Under the pieces are notes generated by a model, which ran no database searches, was not told the DNA's origin, and worked only from the letters and a program-made list of their open reading frames with translations. 64,000 nucleotides of DNA from an uncultured Actinomycetes bacterium. GTDB taxonomy: Bacteria; Actinomycetota; Thermoleophilia; Gaiellales; JAICJC01. Made by a program: the position numbers and the translations under genes. The stretch is from NCBI GenBank assembly GCA_963746115.1, contig CAVVAA010000009.1:49194-113193 (forward strand), read 5' to 3'. Below, one piece after another: positions 26,888 to 37,102 of this stretch (within the stretch, counting starts at the first letter, position 1; the number at the start of each line of letters is the position of its first letter).

Positions 26888-27220
26888 TCAGGAGTTCCGG
26901 GGGCGTGCCATGAGCAGCCGTGCGGCGATCGCGAACAGCATGCCGGCGGTGGCGATCGCGCAGCCGATGCCGGCGGATGCGGCGTCGGACGCGACTCCCA
27001 CGCGCCACCAGTAAAACGTCGAGGCCGCCCCGGCGACGATCACGGCTGTCCCACCGACTAGCGCCATCAGGCGTGCCAGGTCGAACGCGCGGACCGCGGG
27101 CGCCAGTGGGTGGGTTGAGAACTGCACGCCGAGCGCCGCCGCGATGATGCATCCCATGAGCGCGACGAAGGCAGTGGCCCCGGCCCACTGGGCGACGATG
27201 TGAACGGCTACCAACCCCAT
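26888..27220 (-). CDS. hypothetical small membrane protein
   Basis: ORF 26888..27334 from MGLVAVHIVAQW. About 3 hydrophobic helices. Confidence 0.5.
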   Translation of the reverse strand: MGLVAVHIVAQWAGATAFVALMGCIIAAALGVQFSTHPLAPAVRAFDLARLMALVGGTAVIVAGAASTFYWWRVGVASDAASAGIGCAIATAGMLFAIAARLLMARPRNS

Positions 27221-27311
27221 ACGGCCACCGTACGGCGGAGCATCCGCACCGCCAACGCCGCCTAGCCTCGATCCCCTCGGCCGGTGCGAGTTACCACCCC
27301 GACGGGTGGGG

Positions 27312-27340
27312 TTGGGTGAGAAAACATGGCTCAAAATAAT
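27312..27340 (+). promoter_or_regulatory. candidate promoter of the tad operon
   Basis: TTGGGT, 17 nt spacer, AATAAT, in the only AT-rich patch of the intergenic region. Confidence 0.3.
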
Positions 27341-27342
27341 CC

Positions 27343-27366
27343 GTCACCTGTGCGATTACAGGTGAC
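27343..27366. promoter_or_regulatory. perfect 9-bp inverted repeat GTCACCTGT-n6-ACAGGTGAC (candidate operator)
   Basis: Read directly from the sequence. It starts 3 nt after the candidate -10 element. Confidence 0.5.
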
Positions 27367-27390
27367 GATTCGTGCTCGCAGTCTTGCCGT

Positions 27391-27798
27391 ATGCAACTGC
27401 GCCCTGCTCGACGAAACCGTGCCGGCCGAACACCGCGCCGTGTGCTGCTCGTCGGGCTTCCTCCGCTGACGCTGAACGCAATCGAGCCGGCTCTCCGCGA
27501 GGTGGCTCACGTGTGTTCGGTGCCGTTCCCCGGTGCGTCGTTCGATCGGGCGGCGGAGGAGTTCGACGCCGACCTGGTCGTCGTCGACGTCACGTACCTG
27601 GACGAGTCGCTTGTCCGTCCGCTCATCACGCGCCGGTTCCTTGGGGGTTTGCCGGCGATCGTGTTTCTCTCGAGCGCGGGCGAGGCCTGGCTGGACGACC
27701 TGCGCACGCAGCGCTCGGGTCGCCTGGACGACTCGAGCATCTCCGGGCTGGTGGCGCTGGCCTCGGGCTCCCCGCTGAAGCTGGTGGCGGAGCGGTGA
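27391..27798 (+). CDS. receiver-like (pseudo-receiver) domain protein, first gene of the tad operon
   Basis: RVLLVG ... DLVVVDV ... AIVFLSS beta-strand pattern of a CheY-like fold lacking the N-terminal acidic pair. Confidence 0.5.
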   Translation: MQLRPARRNRAGRTPRRVLLVGLPPLTLNAIEPALREVAHVCSVPFPGASFDRAAEEFDADLVVVDVTYLDESLVRPLITRRFLGGLPAIVFLSSAGEAWLDDLRTQRSGRLDDSSISGLVALASGSPLKLVAER

Positions 27799-27873
27799 TG
27801 GGGAAACAGCGCAGTGTGGTCGTCGCCGATTCCTCGGCGGAGTCATCCGACCTGATGAAGGGAGGGGAGATAC

Positions 27874-28038
27874 ATGATGGAGCTCGTCTCGAAGAGCCTC
27901 GCCTCGCGCGAGGAGGGCCAGACCATGGCGGAGTACGCCGTGGTGCTGGGCGTGATCACGATCGCCGTGGTTGGCGTGTTCGGCGCGCTGTCCGGTGCGA
28001 TCAGCACCGTGGTGACGAACGTCACCGGGATCATCTAG
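27874..28038 (+). CDS. flp: Flp family type IVb pilin
   Basis: 54-aa ORF, too short for the track: MMELVSKSLASREEGQTMAEYAVVLGVITIAVVGVFGALSGAISTVVTNVTGII. It has the G-xxxx-EY Flp processing motif followed by a hydrophobic helix. GAAGGGAGGGG RBS. Confidence 0.8.
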   Translation: MMELVSKSLASREEGQTMAEYAVVLGVITIAVVGVFGALSGAISTVVTNVTGII

Positions 28039-28049
28039 TCCGGGGATTT

Positions 28050-28075
28050 CCGGGGGGTCGTTCCGGCCCCCCCGG
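28050..28075 (+). terminator. GC hairpin after flp (possible intra-operon attenuator)
   Basis: CCGGGGGG, 10-nt loop, CCCCCCGG. Confidence 0.3.
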
Positions 28076-28087
28076 CCACCCGCCCGG

Positions 28088-28508
28088 GTGAGCCGGAACG
28101 GCCGGGGTTCCGAGCAGGGACAGAGCCTGGTCGAGTTCACAATCGTACTCATGCCGTTGCTGCTCCTGCTCTTCGGCATCATCGAACTCGGCGCGGTGAT
28201 GTACGACAAGGTTACGGTCGTCCAGGACGCGCGCGAAGCGGTGCGACTCGCCTCGGTGAACGATCGCTCCGGGCTGACGATCTTGAGCGATGCGCCCGCC
28301 GGCAGCACTCTTACGTTCACCTGCGCGACGGATCCGAACAGCGGCAACGCGGCCGGCGCGTACAACGTCGGCGACACGGTGACGGCCCACGTCACCTACG
28401 TGCACTCATTCGTCACGCCTCTGATCGGCGACCTTGTTTGGCGGCACGATCGACCTTTCGTCCAACGCGACCATGACCCTCGAGGGTCAGCCAACCAACT
28501 TCTGCTGA
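28088..28508 (+). pseudogene. TadE-like pseudopilin, one frame break near 28432
   Basis: GQSLVEFTIVLMPLLLLLFGIIELG TadE N-terminal motif. The C-terminus LFGGTIDLSSNATMTLEGQPTNFC is in a different frame and ends in TGATG coupling to the next gene. Confidence 0.7.
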
Positions 28509-30283
28509 TGCGACGGCGGCACGAACAGGGAAGCGTGCTCGTGATCGTCGTCATCGCGTTGATCGCGTTGCTCGGCGTAACGGCGCTTGTCGTCGACCTG
28601 GGCGGCTTTCGCGCGCATCGGCGGCAGCTACAGACCGTTGCCGATGCCGGCGCGCTCGCGGGGGCGCAGAAGCTGATCGACCAGCCCGGCCAGGCCTGCT
28701 CGAGCGCGGACTACTACCAGCGCCAGAACGACGACAGCACGAGCTCCAAGAACATGGTGGTCGACGGGAATCTCGACACGAGCTACTGCGAGTTGCTCGC
28801 GGCGCCGGGTTGTACCCAGGTTTGCTCGGTGCGCGTGCAGCCGGTCGAGTCGAACGTGCCGTACACCTTCGGCAGGATACTCGGCTTCGTCAACACCACG
28901 ATCAACGCCCGCGCGCGTGCACGCGTCGTGTACCTGACGAAGTCGAAGGGCCTCCTGCCGTTCGGGGTCGAGGACCTCCGTCCGGCCTCGGTCAAGCTCG
29001 TCATCGACCGCACGGGCCAGCAGATCTCCCTCGCCCAGTCGGGCTGCTTCGCGGCGACGGTAGAGGGGTATCCGTACTGGTGCTCGGGTGCGTACGTGAA
29101 CACCCTACCAGCGGGCGGATCGACGATCTCGGTGCAGGCCGTCGACACCTCGGGCCAGACGATTACGTGGAACAACATCGGCTACCTCGGCGGCGACCAG
29201 TCGATCGCCGGCGGAGCCTGCACCGCGGGGGTGGTGTGCGTAAAGGACGTCACCCTCTCGCCGTCATCGAATCCGTATCTGTACTACACGTCGACGTCTG
29301 GGTCGACGTCGTTGACCGTGCTCGCGCACTTGACGAACGTGAACGGAAGACCTGTGAAGCTTTCGTACGCCACGGGTGGCAGCGCCCCCGGGAACGGCGC
29401 GTTCAGCACGGCGACGCTCGTCTCGGGGACGCAGGCCGACGGCACATGGTCCGCGACGTTTACAAGCGCGAGCACCGAGCAGACCGCTGGCCAGGACGTC
29501 TATGTCAAGGTCGGAAACGGCGGAGGCGCCCAGACGACCGCGGTACCCGGCCCAGCACGCCTACGCCCGGGACGACGGCGACATCCTGCAGCAGTACGTG
29601 CAGGATCGGCACTACATCGATCCGAGCGCAGCCGCCAACAGCCCGGGCCAGGTTCGTCAACTTCGACCTCGCGTTCCAGGTGCTCGTGAAGGGGACGATG
29701 ATCACGCTGAAGCTCGGCGGCGGAGGTGCGCAGGGCAACTCGGGGAACTACCAGGGACTCGACCTCGACACGAACTACGACCTGGCCGACCTACGCAGTG
29801 CTACGCCAACGGCGGCATCCCGAACACGTCCGACGAGGTGCAGCACGGCTCGTGCACGCCGTACGCGATCGGCGACCCGGTTCAGACCCAGACCGGCAAC
29901 TTCGCCGGCCAGGTGAATCACGGCCTCCAGGCACGGATCGGGAGCTCGCCGAATCAGTGGAGCGCGAGCGAATCCGCCGCCTGACGGCGACCCCCGCTGG
30001 ATGAGCCTGATCCTGGTGCCGCCGCTGACATTCTCGAGCTGCAGCGGCACGTGCACGACTCACGTGGTCGGGTTCGGCGACTTCTACATCACGGAGTGGT
30101 CCGGGCAGGCCGGGCAGCACCCTCAAGCAGGGCGAGGTGCGCGGCGTGTTCTGGAACCGGCCGAACGCGATCAACGACTACTCGACCAGCTGCAGCGAGC
30201 CGAGCGGCATCTGCCTGCGAGAGCGTCGCATCTCGAGCCATGGGACGGATGACGCACACGATCGGATCGGAGGATCCACATGA
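28508..30283 (+). pseudogene. TadG-like large pilus-assembly protein, at least 5 frame breaks
   Basis: N-terminus EQGSVLVIVVIALIALLGVTALVVDLGGFRAHRRQLQTVADAGALAGAQ (Tad-like N-terminal motif). The remainder was reconstructed across the frames of ORFs 28088, 29376, 28810 and 30001. Confidence 0.6.
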
Positions 30284-31085
30284 TGACCCGGGTGTTCACT
30301 TCACGGATCGGCGCGGCCGGCGCTCGCGCTCGTGCTCGGCCTGGCCGCCGCCGCGCTTGTGGTGGTGTATCACGCAGAACCACGACTCGAGTCTGCAAAG
30401 CTCGAACGGCAAGGTGCACCGTGCTCGTCGCGACGCGCATGATCGCGCAGTTCACGCCCGGAAGCCAGGTGGTCGACGGGAAGCATGTTCCGCGTCGACA
30501 AGGTCACGCCCGCCGCGCTCGCCGACGGTGCGATCGCGAACTCCGACCAGCTGAAGGGCCTGGTCGCGCGTAACGATGTGTACCCGGGTGAGCAGCTGAC
30601 GACCAACCAGTTCCAGAAGTCCAGCACGACCAGCGTGGCCGTGAAGCTCCAGCCCGACCAGCGCGCGATCGGGTTCCCGGTCGATCCCGCATCCGGTCTG
30701 ATCGGCCAGGTGCAGTCCGGGCGACCACGTGGACGTCGTGGCGACCTTCGACGTCCTTCCGGTCGGCCCGAACGGCCTGCCCCTGACCGGTGCCCAGTCG
30801 ATCCCACTCACGCGCACGATCGTCTCGAACGCGCTCGTGCTGACGGCGCCGGAGGCGACCACGGACGACCGGCGCCGGCGCCGACTCGGCGCATCGGCCC
30901 GACGATCACCCTCGCGATCGACGCCAACGAGGTGAACTGCGGTCCTCTTCGCGCAGGAGAAGGGCTCTGTCTGGTTCGCTCTGCGGCCTCCGGGCTCGTC
31001 GCAGAACGTCGGCCCTGGCATCGTCGACGTCGACGCCGTCCTGCGTGGTCTCGCGGATGCGCGCGGGACACCGTTCTGCGGGTGA
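30280..31085 (+). pseudogene. cpaB: CpaB/RcpC family Flp pilus assembly protein, about 8 frame breaks
   Basis: Reconstructed sequence: TM helix ALALVLGLAAAALVVVY, then VLVATRMIAQFTPGSQVVDGKMFRVDKVTPAALADGAI...GEQLTTNQF, DVVATFDV, TITLAIDANEVNAVLFAQEKGSVWFALRPPG. Confidence 0.65.
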
Positions 31086-31098
31086 CGGGAGCGGGACG

Positions 31099-32273
31099 GT
31101 GACCACGGCGACGGCAACCCGACTCAGCATCACCGCGCATCGTGACTTCCCGGGCAGGTCTGCTCGACGGTGCGATGCCGAACGGCGACAGCGGTCTCCT
31201 CGTCGCGTCGGGGATGTCCGACTTCGGCGGCGCGCTGATGGCCGCCGAGCGTGACCACAGCGAGGTGCTCCTGGCGTTCGCGCCGAACCGTCCCGGACGT
31301 GCTCGAGTTGCTCGTCCAGAGTCGGAGACACGCGCCCGGAGATGGGCCTGGTGGTCGCCATCCCTGGGCCCGGCGAACGGATCGCTGGGCGAGGCGCTCA
31401 TGGCGGGCGCACACGAGATCGTCATCCTGCCGGCCGAGCGGTCGGTCGTCGCGGCGGCCGTCCAGAAGGCAGTCGCGCGCGGTCTCGACGCTGGCCGAGG
31501 CCGAGGCGGCCGTCGATACACGCTCGCCCCTGGTGGTCGTGCTCGGGCCCAAGGGCGGTGTCGGCAAGACGACGGTCGCGACCAACCTCGCGACGACGCT
31601 CGCCGCACGCGGCCGGAGTGTGCTGCTAGTCGATCTCGACCTTCAGTTCGGTGACGTCGGACTGGTGCTCGGGCATCCGCCCCGAGCGCACGATCCACGA
31701 CCTGGTCTCGGCGCAGGGCCGGCTGGACGGCGAGCGGCTCTCGGGCTTCATCAGCCGAAGCCGCGACGGCGTCGACGTCCTGCTGGCGCCGGCGCGGCCG
31801 GATCAGGCCGAAGGCGTCACTCCGGAGCGACTCGCCGAAGTGCTCGACGTCGCCTGCAGAGCGTACGACGTGGTGGTCGTCGACACGCCCCCGGCGTTCA
31901 CCGTCCACGACCATCACCGCGATCGACCGCGCGCAGCACGCCGTGATGATCGGCAGCCTCGACCTGCCCGGACTGAAGAACATGAAGGTGGGACTCGAGA
32001 CCATGGCGCTCATGGGGTTCGAGCGCGATCGCGATCGTGACGGTGCTGAACCGTGCGAATAGCAAGGTCGGCCTCATCGGAACGGACGTGAGGAAGGTGC
32101 TCGCGGCCGCGCCGGACGTGAGCGTGCCGTCCGACCGGTCGGTCCCCCGCAGCCTGAACGCCGCCCGCGCGATCGTCGCCGGCGATCCACGGTCGGGACC
32201 GGCGAAGGCGCTGCGTGCGCTCGGCGATCGGATCCTCGACGCCATTTCCAGCCCAACGCCAGTGAAGGACTGA
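31099..32273 (+). pseudogene. tadZ: TadZ/CpaE ParA-MinD-like ATPase with N-terminal receiver-like domain, at least 6 frame breaks
   Basis: Deviant Walker A VVVLGPKGGVGKTTVATNLA, VLLVDLDLQFGD, VVVVDTPP, LNRANSKVG. Pieces lie in ORFs 31142, 31251, 31651 and 32037. Confidence 0.7.
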
Positions 32274-32277
32274 TGCC

Positions 32278-33604
32278 ATGTCTCTGACCGATCGACTTGC
32301 CACGGGCCCGCTCGCCGCGAACGGCGGCGGGCAGGTGGTGGATCAGTTCGCCGAGGTGCGCGACCGCGTGCACCGCGTCGTCATCGAGACGCTCGGCACC
32401 GGCCTGCTCGCGAACCAGGCGGACGAGGCGGTGATCGCCCAGCAGCTGCATGCGATCGTCGAGTCCGCGCTCGAGGAGGAGGAGACGCCGCTCTCACGCG
32501 TCGACCGCGACATGCTGGCCCGCCAGATCACCGACGAGGTCGTGGGGTACGGTCCGATCTCGCGCTTCCTGAAGGACGAGACCGTGACCGAGATCATGGT
32601 CAACAACCACCGCGAGATCTACATCGAGCGCGGCGGGCGCATCTTCCCCAGCGACGTGCAGTTCGCGAGCGAGGCGCACCTGCGCCGGATCCTGGACAAG
32701 ATCGTGGCCCAGGTCGGCCGGCGGGTGGACGAGTCGTCGGCCATGGTCGACGCCCGCCTGCCGGACGGTTCGCGCGTGAACGCCATCATTCCGCCGCTCT
32801 CGCTGAACGGCCCGGCGATGACGATCCGCAAGTTCGCGCAGCGCCGGCTGGAGATGCACGACCTGGTCGGCCTCGGCACGATCTCGGAGCAGATGGGCGA
32901 GTTCCTGGGGCTCTGCGTCCGAGCGCGCCTGAACGTCCTCGTGACAGGGGGCACCGGCTCCGGCAAGACGACGTTCCTGAACGTGCTCTCGGGGTTCATT
33001 TCGGCCGATGAGCGCATCATCACCATCGAGGACGCCGCCGAGCTCGAAGCTCGACCAGCGCCACTGGCTGCGACTTGAGTCGCGTCCGGCCAACGTCGAG
33101 GGGACCGGCCTCGTATCCATCCGCGACCTGCTCCGGAATGCACTGCGCATGCGACCCGACCGGATCGTCGTCGGCGAGGTGCGCGGCCCCGAGGCCCTCG
33201 ACATGTTGCAGGCAATGAACACGGGGCACGACGGCTCGCTCTCGACCGTCCACTGCAACTCACCCCGCGACGCGATCGCGCGCATCGAGACGATGGTGCT
33301 GATGGCGGGCTTCGACCTGCCGGTGCGCGCGATCCGCGAGCAGGTGGCCTCGGCCCTGCATCTGATCGTTCACACGGAGCGCCTCCACGACGGGTCGCGG
33401 AAGGTCGTACGCATCACCGAGGTGCAGCGCATGGAGGGGGATCAGGTGACGCTCCAGGACCTGTTCGTCTTCAACGTGCACGGCTCCACCGCGAACGGCA
33501 GCATCGCCGGCGCGCTCGAGTCGACCGGGCTGCACCCGTCGTTCAAGGAGGACTTCCACCGCCGCGGGATTGCGCTCCCGGCCGAGCTCTTTGCCCTGCG
33601 ATGA
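32278..33604 (+). pseudogene. tadA: CpaF/TadA secretion ATPase, one frame break near 33045
   Basis: Walker [22 protein letters not shown] | [50 protein letters not shown]. ORFs 32278..33078 and 33008..33604. Confidence 0.85.
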
Positions 33605-35456
33605 GACGCGTCCTCACCATCCTCGCGGTCGCTTGCCGCGGTCGCCGGTCACGCGACAACGGCCGGTGCGGCCACCGGCACGTTGCGGCTGGCGCTCTCG
33701 CCGGGCGCGAGCTTCCCCGGGCGCCAGTTCACGGTCGACCTGCCCACCCGGCGTCGAGCCATACAGCCTGCGCGTCAGCGAGAACGGGGTGCCCGTGATC
33801 CCGCACCTCACCCCGATCGGCGGAAACCATGTCCCGATCAGCGTCGCGGTCCTGCTCGACACGAGCGACAGCATGCGCGGTCGGGCGCTGGCTGCGGCCG
33901 TGGATGCTGCCAGGACACTCATCGACCAGAAGCCCGCCCGCTCCGAGGCGGCCGTGTTCGGGTTCGCACGGACCCCCTACCTCATCCACACATGGTCATC
34001 GGCGCCGGCGCCGCTTGACGCGTCCCTCGGCTCGATCCGACCCTCAGCCGGCACCGCGATCTGGGATGCGGTCGGGATGGCGAGCCAGAGCGTGGGCGCG
34101 CGCAGCGGCGCCTCGCGGGTGATCGTGCTTCTCACAGACGGCGCCGACACGACGAGCGCGGCGACGGTCGCGGATGCCGCCAACGCCGCGCTCAGCGTCC
34201 ACGCACGCGTGTTCGTCGTCGGCCTTCCCGGTGCACGGACGAATCGCGCGAACCTGGAGCGGCTCGTGTCGCAGACCGGCGGCAGGTTCGTGCAGGTGCG
34301 CTCGTTCGCGCAGCTCCACCGGGTATATGCCGGGCTGGCCACCGAGCTGGGACGGCAGTACCTGCTGACATACGAGTCCCAGCTGCGCGGCACCGGGCAC
34401 ACGGTGATCGTCGATGTCTCGGTCGCCGGGCTCCGTGCAAGCGAGCGCTACACGATCCCGCCGATGACGACGCCCGTCGCCTCTCGGCCCACGAGCTGGT
34501 GGGCGACCCGCCAGGCGCTGAACGCCCTTGCCTCCGGGATCGGCGTGCTCGTGCTCGTGATCGCGTACGTGCTCATCCGCCCCAAACGCGGGAACCCTGT
34601 GCGCGGGCTGCGCGCCTACGCCCTCGGGAGCCCGGCGAGTGAGGCGCCCGATCTCCTCGCCGCGATGTCCGGCCGGTCCCGGCGCACGGCCCCGAGGCCG
34701 AGCGCCGGCAGGGTCTGGGCCCGCTTCGCGGCCGATGTCGAGCGTGGTGAGATCGGGAAGGGCCCCGTGCGCGTGCTCCTGCTCGGGATGGCCATCGGCA
34801 CGGTCGCCGCCGGCGGTGCGGCCTTTACTGCGCACCAGCCGCTCGCTCTCGCAGCCGGCCCGATCATCGGCGCCGTCGGTGCCTGGGCGTACGTCACCAA
34901 CCGTGCCTCAGCCTGGTACCGGCACTTCGATTCGACACTTCCCGACGCGCTGACGGTGCTGGCGTCGTCGCTTCGGGCAGGCCACTCGCTGCTCCAGGCG
35001 GTCGATCATGTCGCCGAGGAGGCCGACGAGAAGACCGCTCGCGAGTGGCAGGAGCTCGTGCGCCAGACGCAGCTCGGGATCCCGATCGAGGATGCGATCG
35101 ATGCCATGACGCACCGTATCGGCAGCCGCGAGCTGCAGTGGATCTCGCTCGTCGCCCGCGTCCAGCATCAGGTGGGCGGGAACATGGCCGAGATGTTCGA
35201 CATCGTTGCCGAGACCGTACGCCAGCGATACCGGCTGGCCGCCCAGATCCACTCGCTGACGGCCCAGGGCAGGATGACCCGCTGGGTGCTGACCATCGCG
35301 CCGTTCGCGCTCGGCGGCATCCTCACGGTCATGTCCCCGGCGTACATCAACGTGTTCGTGAGCAGCAAGGTCGGGCTCACGCTGATCGTCGGCGCGTGCT
35401 GTCTGATCGCCGTCGGTTCGGTCTGGATCAAGAAGATCGTGGAAATCGAGGTTTGA
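33601..35456 (+). pseudogene. tadB: vWA domain fused to a TadB-type (T2SS-F family) membrane protein, two frame breaks near 33633 and 33750
   Basis: Signal-like [29 protein letters not shown] and VIVLLTDGADT. A TM segment, then the T2SSF domain (LPDALTVLASSLRAGHSLLQAV...). The ATG overlaps the tadA stop. Confidence 0.75.
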
Positions 35457-35457
35457 C

Positions 35458-36372
35458 GTGAACGGATTCGCACCACTGCTCGCAGCCGTCGTCGCCGCCA
35501 CCGTACTGGTGGCCGCCTACGGAATCCGCCTCGGGCGCCGGGGAACGGCCGAGGCCGTCGCCGACGTGGCCGCGTACGGGTATGGATCGACGGCGCCTCT
35601 GACGACGCCGCGCCAGGCCAGGCGCGGGGCGCAGAACCTGCATCTCGAGCGCGTGATGGCAAGCGTCGCGCGCCGTCTGAGCCCACGCGACTATGAGCAG
35701 GATCTGCAGCTGCGCCTGCTGCAAGCCGGCCTCTACCGGATGCGGCCTGCACGGTTCCTGGCGATCCGCGTGCTGAGCGCGATCAGCGTCGGCGCGTTCG
35801 GCCTCATGTATTCGCATAGCGCTCCGAACGCCGGCCTCAAGCTGCTCATGATCGCGGGCGGCCCGGCGCTCGGGTTCTTGCTGCCTGACAGCTTCCTCTC
35901 TGGGCGTATCCGTCGCCGTCATGCCCGTATCGAGCGTGAGTGCGCGGACATGATCGATCTGCTGGCGATCACCGTGCAGTCCGGGCTCGGGCTCGACCAG
36001 GCGCTCAAAGTGACGTCGGACCGGCTCGACGGTCCCCTCGCCGACGAGGTGCGTCTGATGCTGAACGAGATCCGGGTCGGTCAGAGCCGCCCCGAGGCGC
36101 TGAAACGGCTGGCCGCACGGGCGCCGACGCCGACGGTGCGATCGTTCACGCGGTCGATCTCGCAGAGCGACTCGATGGGCGTCTCGATCGGGCAGACGCT
36201 CAAGGCCCTCGCGGTGGACGCCCGCACGCGGAAGCGGCTCGGCGCCGAGGAGCTGGCGCAGAAAGCACCGATCAAGATGATCTTCCCGCTGGCGACCTGC
36301 TTCTTCCCGGCAATCCTCATGATCGCCGCTGGGCCCGGGGTTCTCTCCCTTATGAAGGCCCTCGGCGCGTGA
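35458..36372 (+). CDS. tadC: TadC-type (T2SS-F family) membrane protein
   Basis: Intact 304-aa ORF. Motifs DMIDLLAITVQSGLGLDQAL and PIKMIFPLATCFFPAIL. Confidence 0.8.
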   Translation: MNGFAPLLAAVVAATVLVAAYGIRLGRRGTAEAVADVAAYGYGSTAPLTTPRQARRGAQNLHLERVMASVARRLSPRDYEQDLQLRLLQAGLYRMRPARFLAIRVLSAISVGAFGLMYSHSAPNAGLKLLMIAGGPALGFLLPDSFLSGRIRRRHARIERECADMIDLLAITVQSGLGLDQALKVTSDRLDGPLADEVRLMLNEIRVGQSRPEALKRLAARAPTPTVRSFTRSISQSDSMGVSIGQTLKALAVDARTRKRLGAEELAQKAPIKMIFPLATCFFPAILMIAAGPGVLSLMKALGA

Positions 36373-37091
36373 CCCACACGTTCCTCTGGCGAGTGCTTGC
36401 GCGCGTTGCGCCGGCGACTGCGATCGCGCTCGCGGCTGCGGCGGTCTCGATGGCGGCTCTTCGCACGCTCGACGGCCCCCAGGATGGGAGCGAGATCGTG
36501 CGGGCGTCGGTGCTCCTGACGAACGCGGGACTATGGTGGGCGTTCACCGTCGTGACGGTCTTCCGGGCGGCGCCGGCGAGGCGCGGTCCTCGTCTCAGCG
36601 GCATCATCCTGCTCGCAGTGGCCTCGGCAGCGGCGCTCGCGGTCGATCCCACGGGGGCGGGCGAGGCGCGGTGGCCACAGTTAGCGGCCTCCGGAGCCGT
36701 ATCGCTGATCTCCCTGGCCCTTGCCTTCGGCGCGCTGGGACGGCTGGGGCGATGCTTCGGCGTACTGCCGGACGCCCGCGGGATGGTGACCGGCGGCCCC
36801 TATCGAGTCGTGCGCCATCCGCTCTACCTGGGCGAGCTGGGCGCCGTTGCCGGGATCCTCGTCGCGACGCCGAACGCCCGGAACGTGGTCGCGCTGGGGA
36901 CCCTGGCCGCCGCACAGATGGGACGCGCGCGGCTGGAGGAGCGGACGCTCACGAGCGCCTTCCCGGGCTACGCGGCGTACGCCGCGGTCACTCCGATGCT
37001 GTTCCCGCATCCCGAGCCGGTGCTCGCGTGCTGGAGGCGTTTGGGGCCAATACGCCAATCGGGGGATGCCGGTGTTGGGGGCCAGGGGTAG
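36369..37091 (+). CDS. ICMT/PEMT-family membrane methyltransferase
   Basis: In-frame tail of ORF 35940..37091 from the GTG overlapping the tadC stop (GTGA). Motifs GPYRVVRHPLYLGE and RARLEERTLTSAFPGYAAY. Multiple TM helices. Confidence 0.75.
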   Translation: MTHTFLWRVLARVAPATAIALAAAAVSMAALRTLDGPQDGSEIVRASVLLTNAGLWWAFTVVTVFRAAPARRGPRLSGIILLAVASAAALAVDPTGAGEARWPQLAASGAVSLISLALAFGALGRLGRCFGVLPDARGMVTGGPYRVVRHPLYLGELGAVAGILVATPNARNVVALGTLAAAQMGRARLEERTLTSAFPGYAAYAAVTPMLFPHPEPVLACWRRLGPIRQSGDAGVGGQG

Positions 37092-37102
37092 ATTCCCGCG
37101 TC

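Noticed and set aside
28432-33750. Programmed ribosomal frameshifting as an explanation for the tad gene frame changes
   Set aside because: There are too many junctions and no shared slippery heptamer or downstream structure. Similar breaks occur in unrelated genes across the window.
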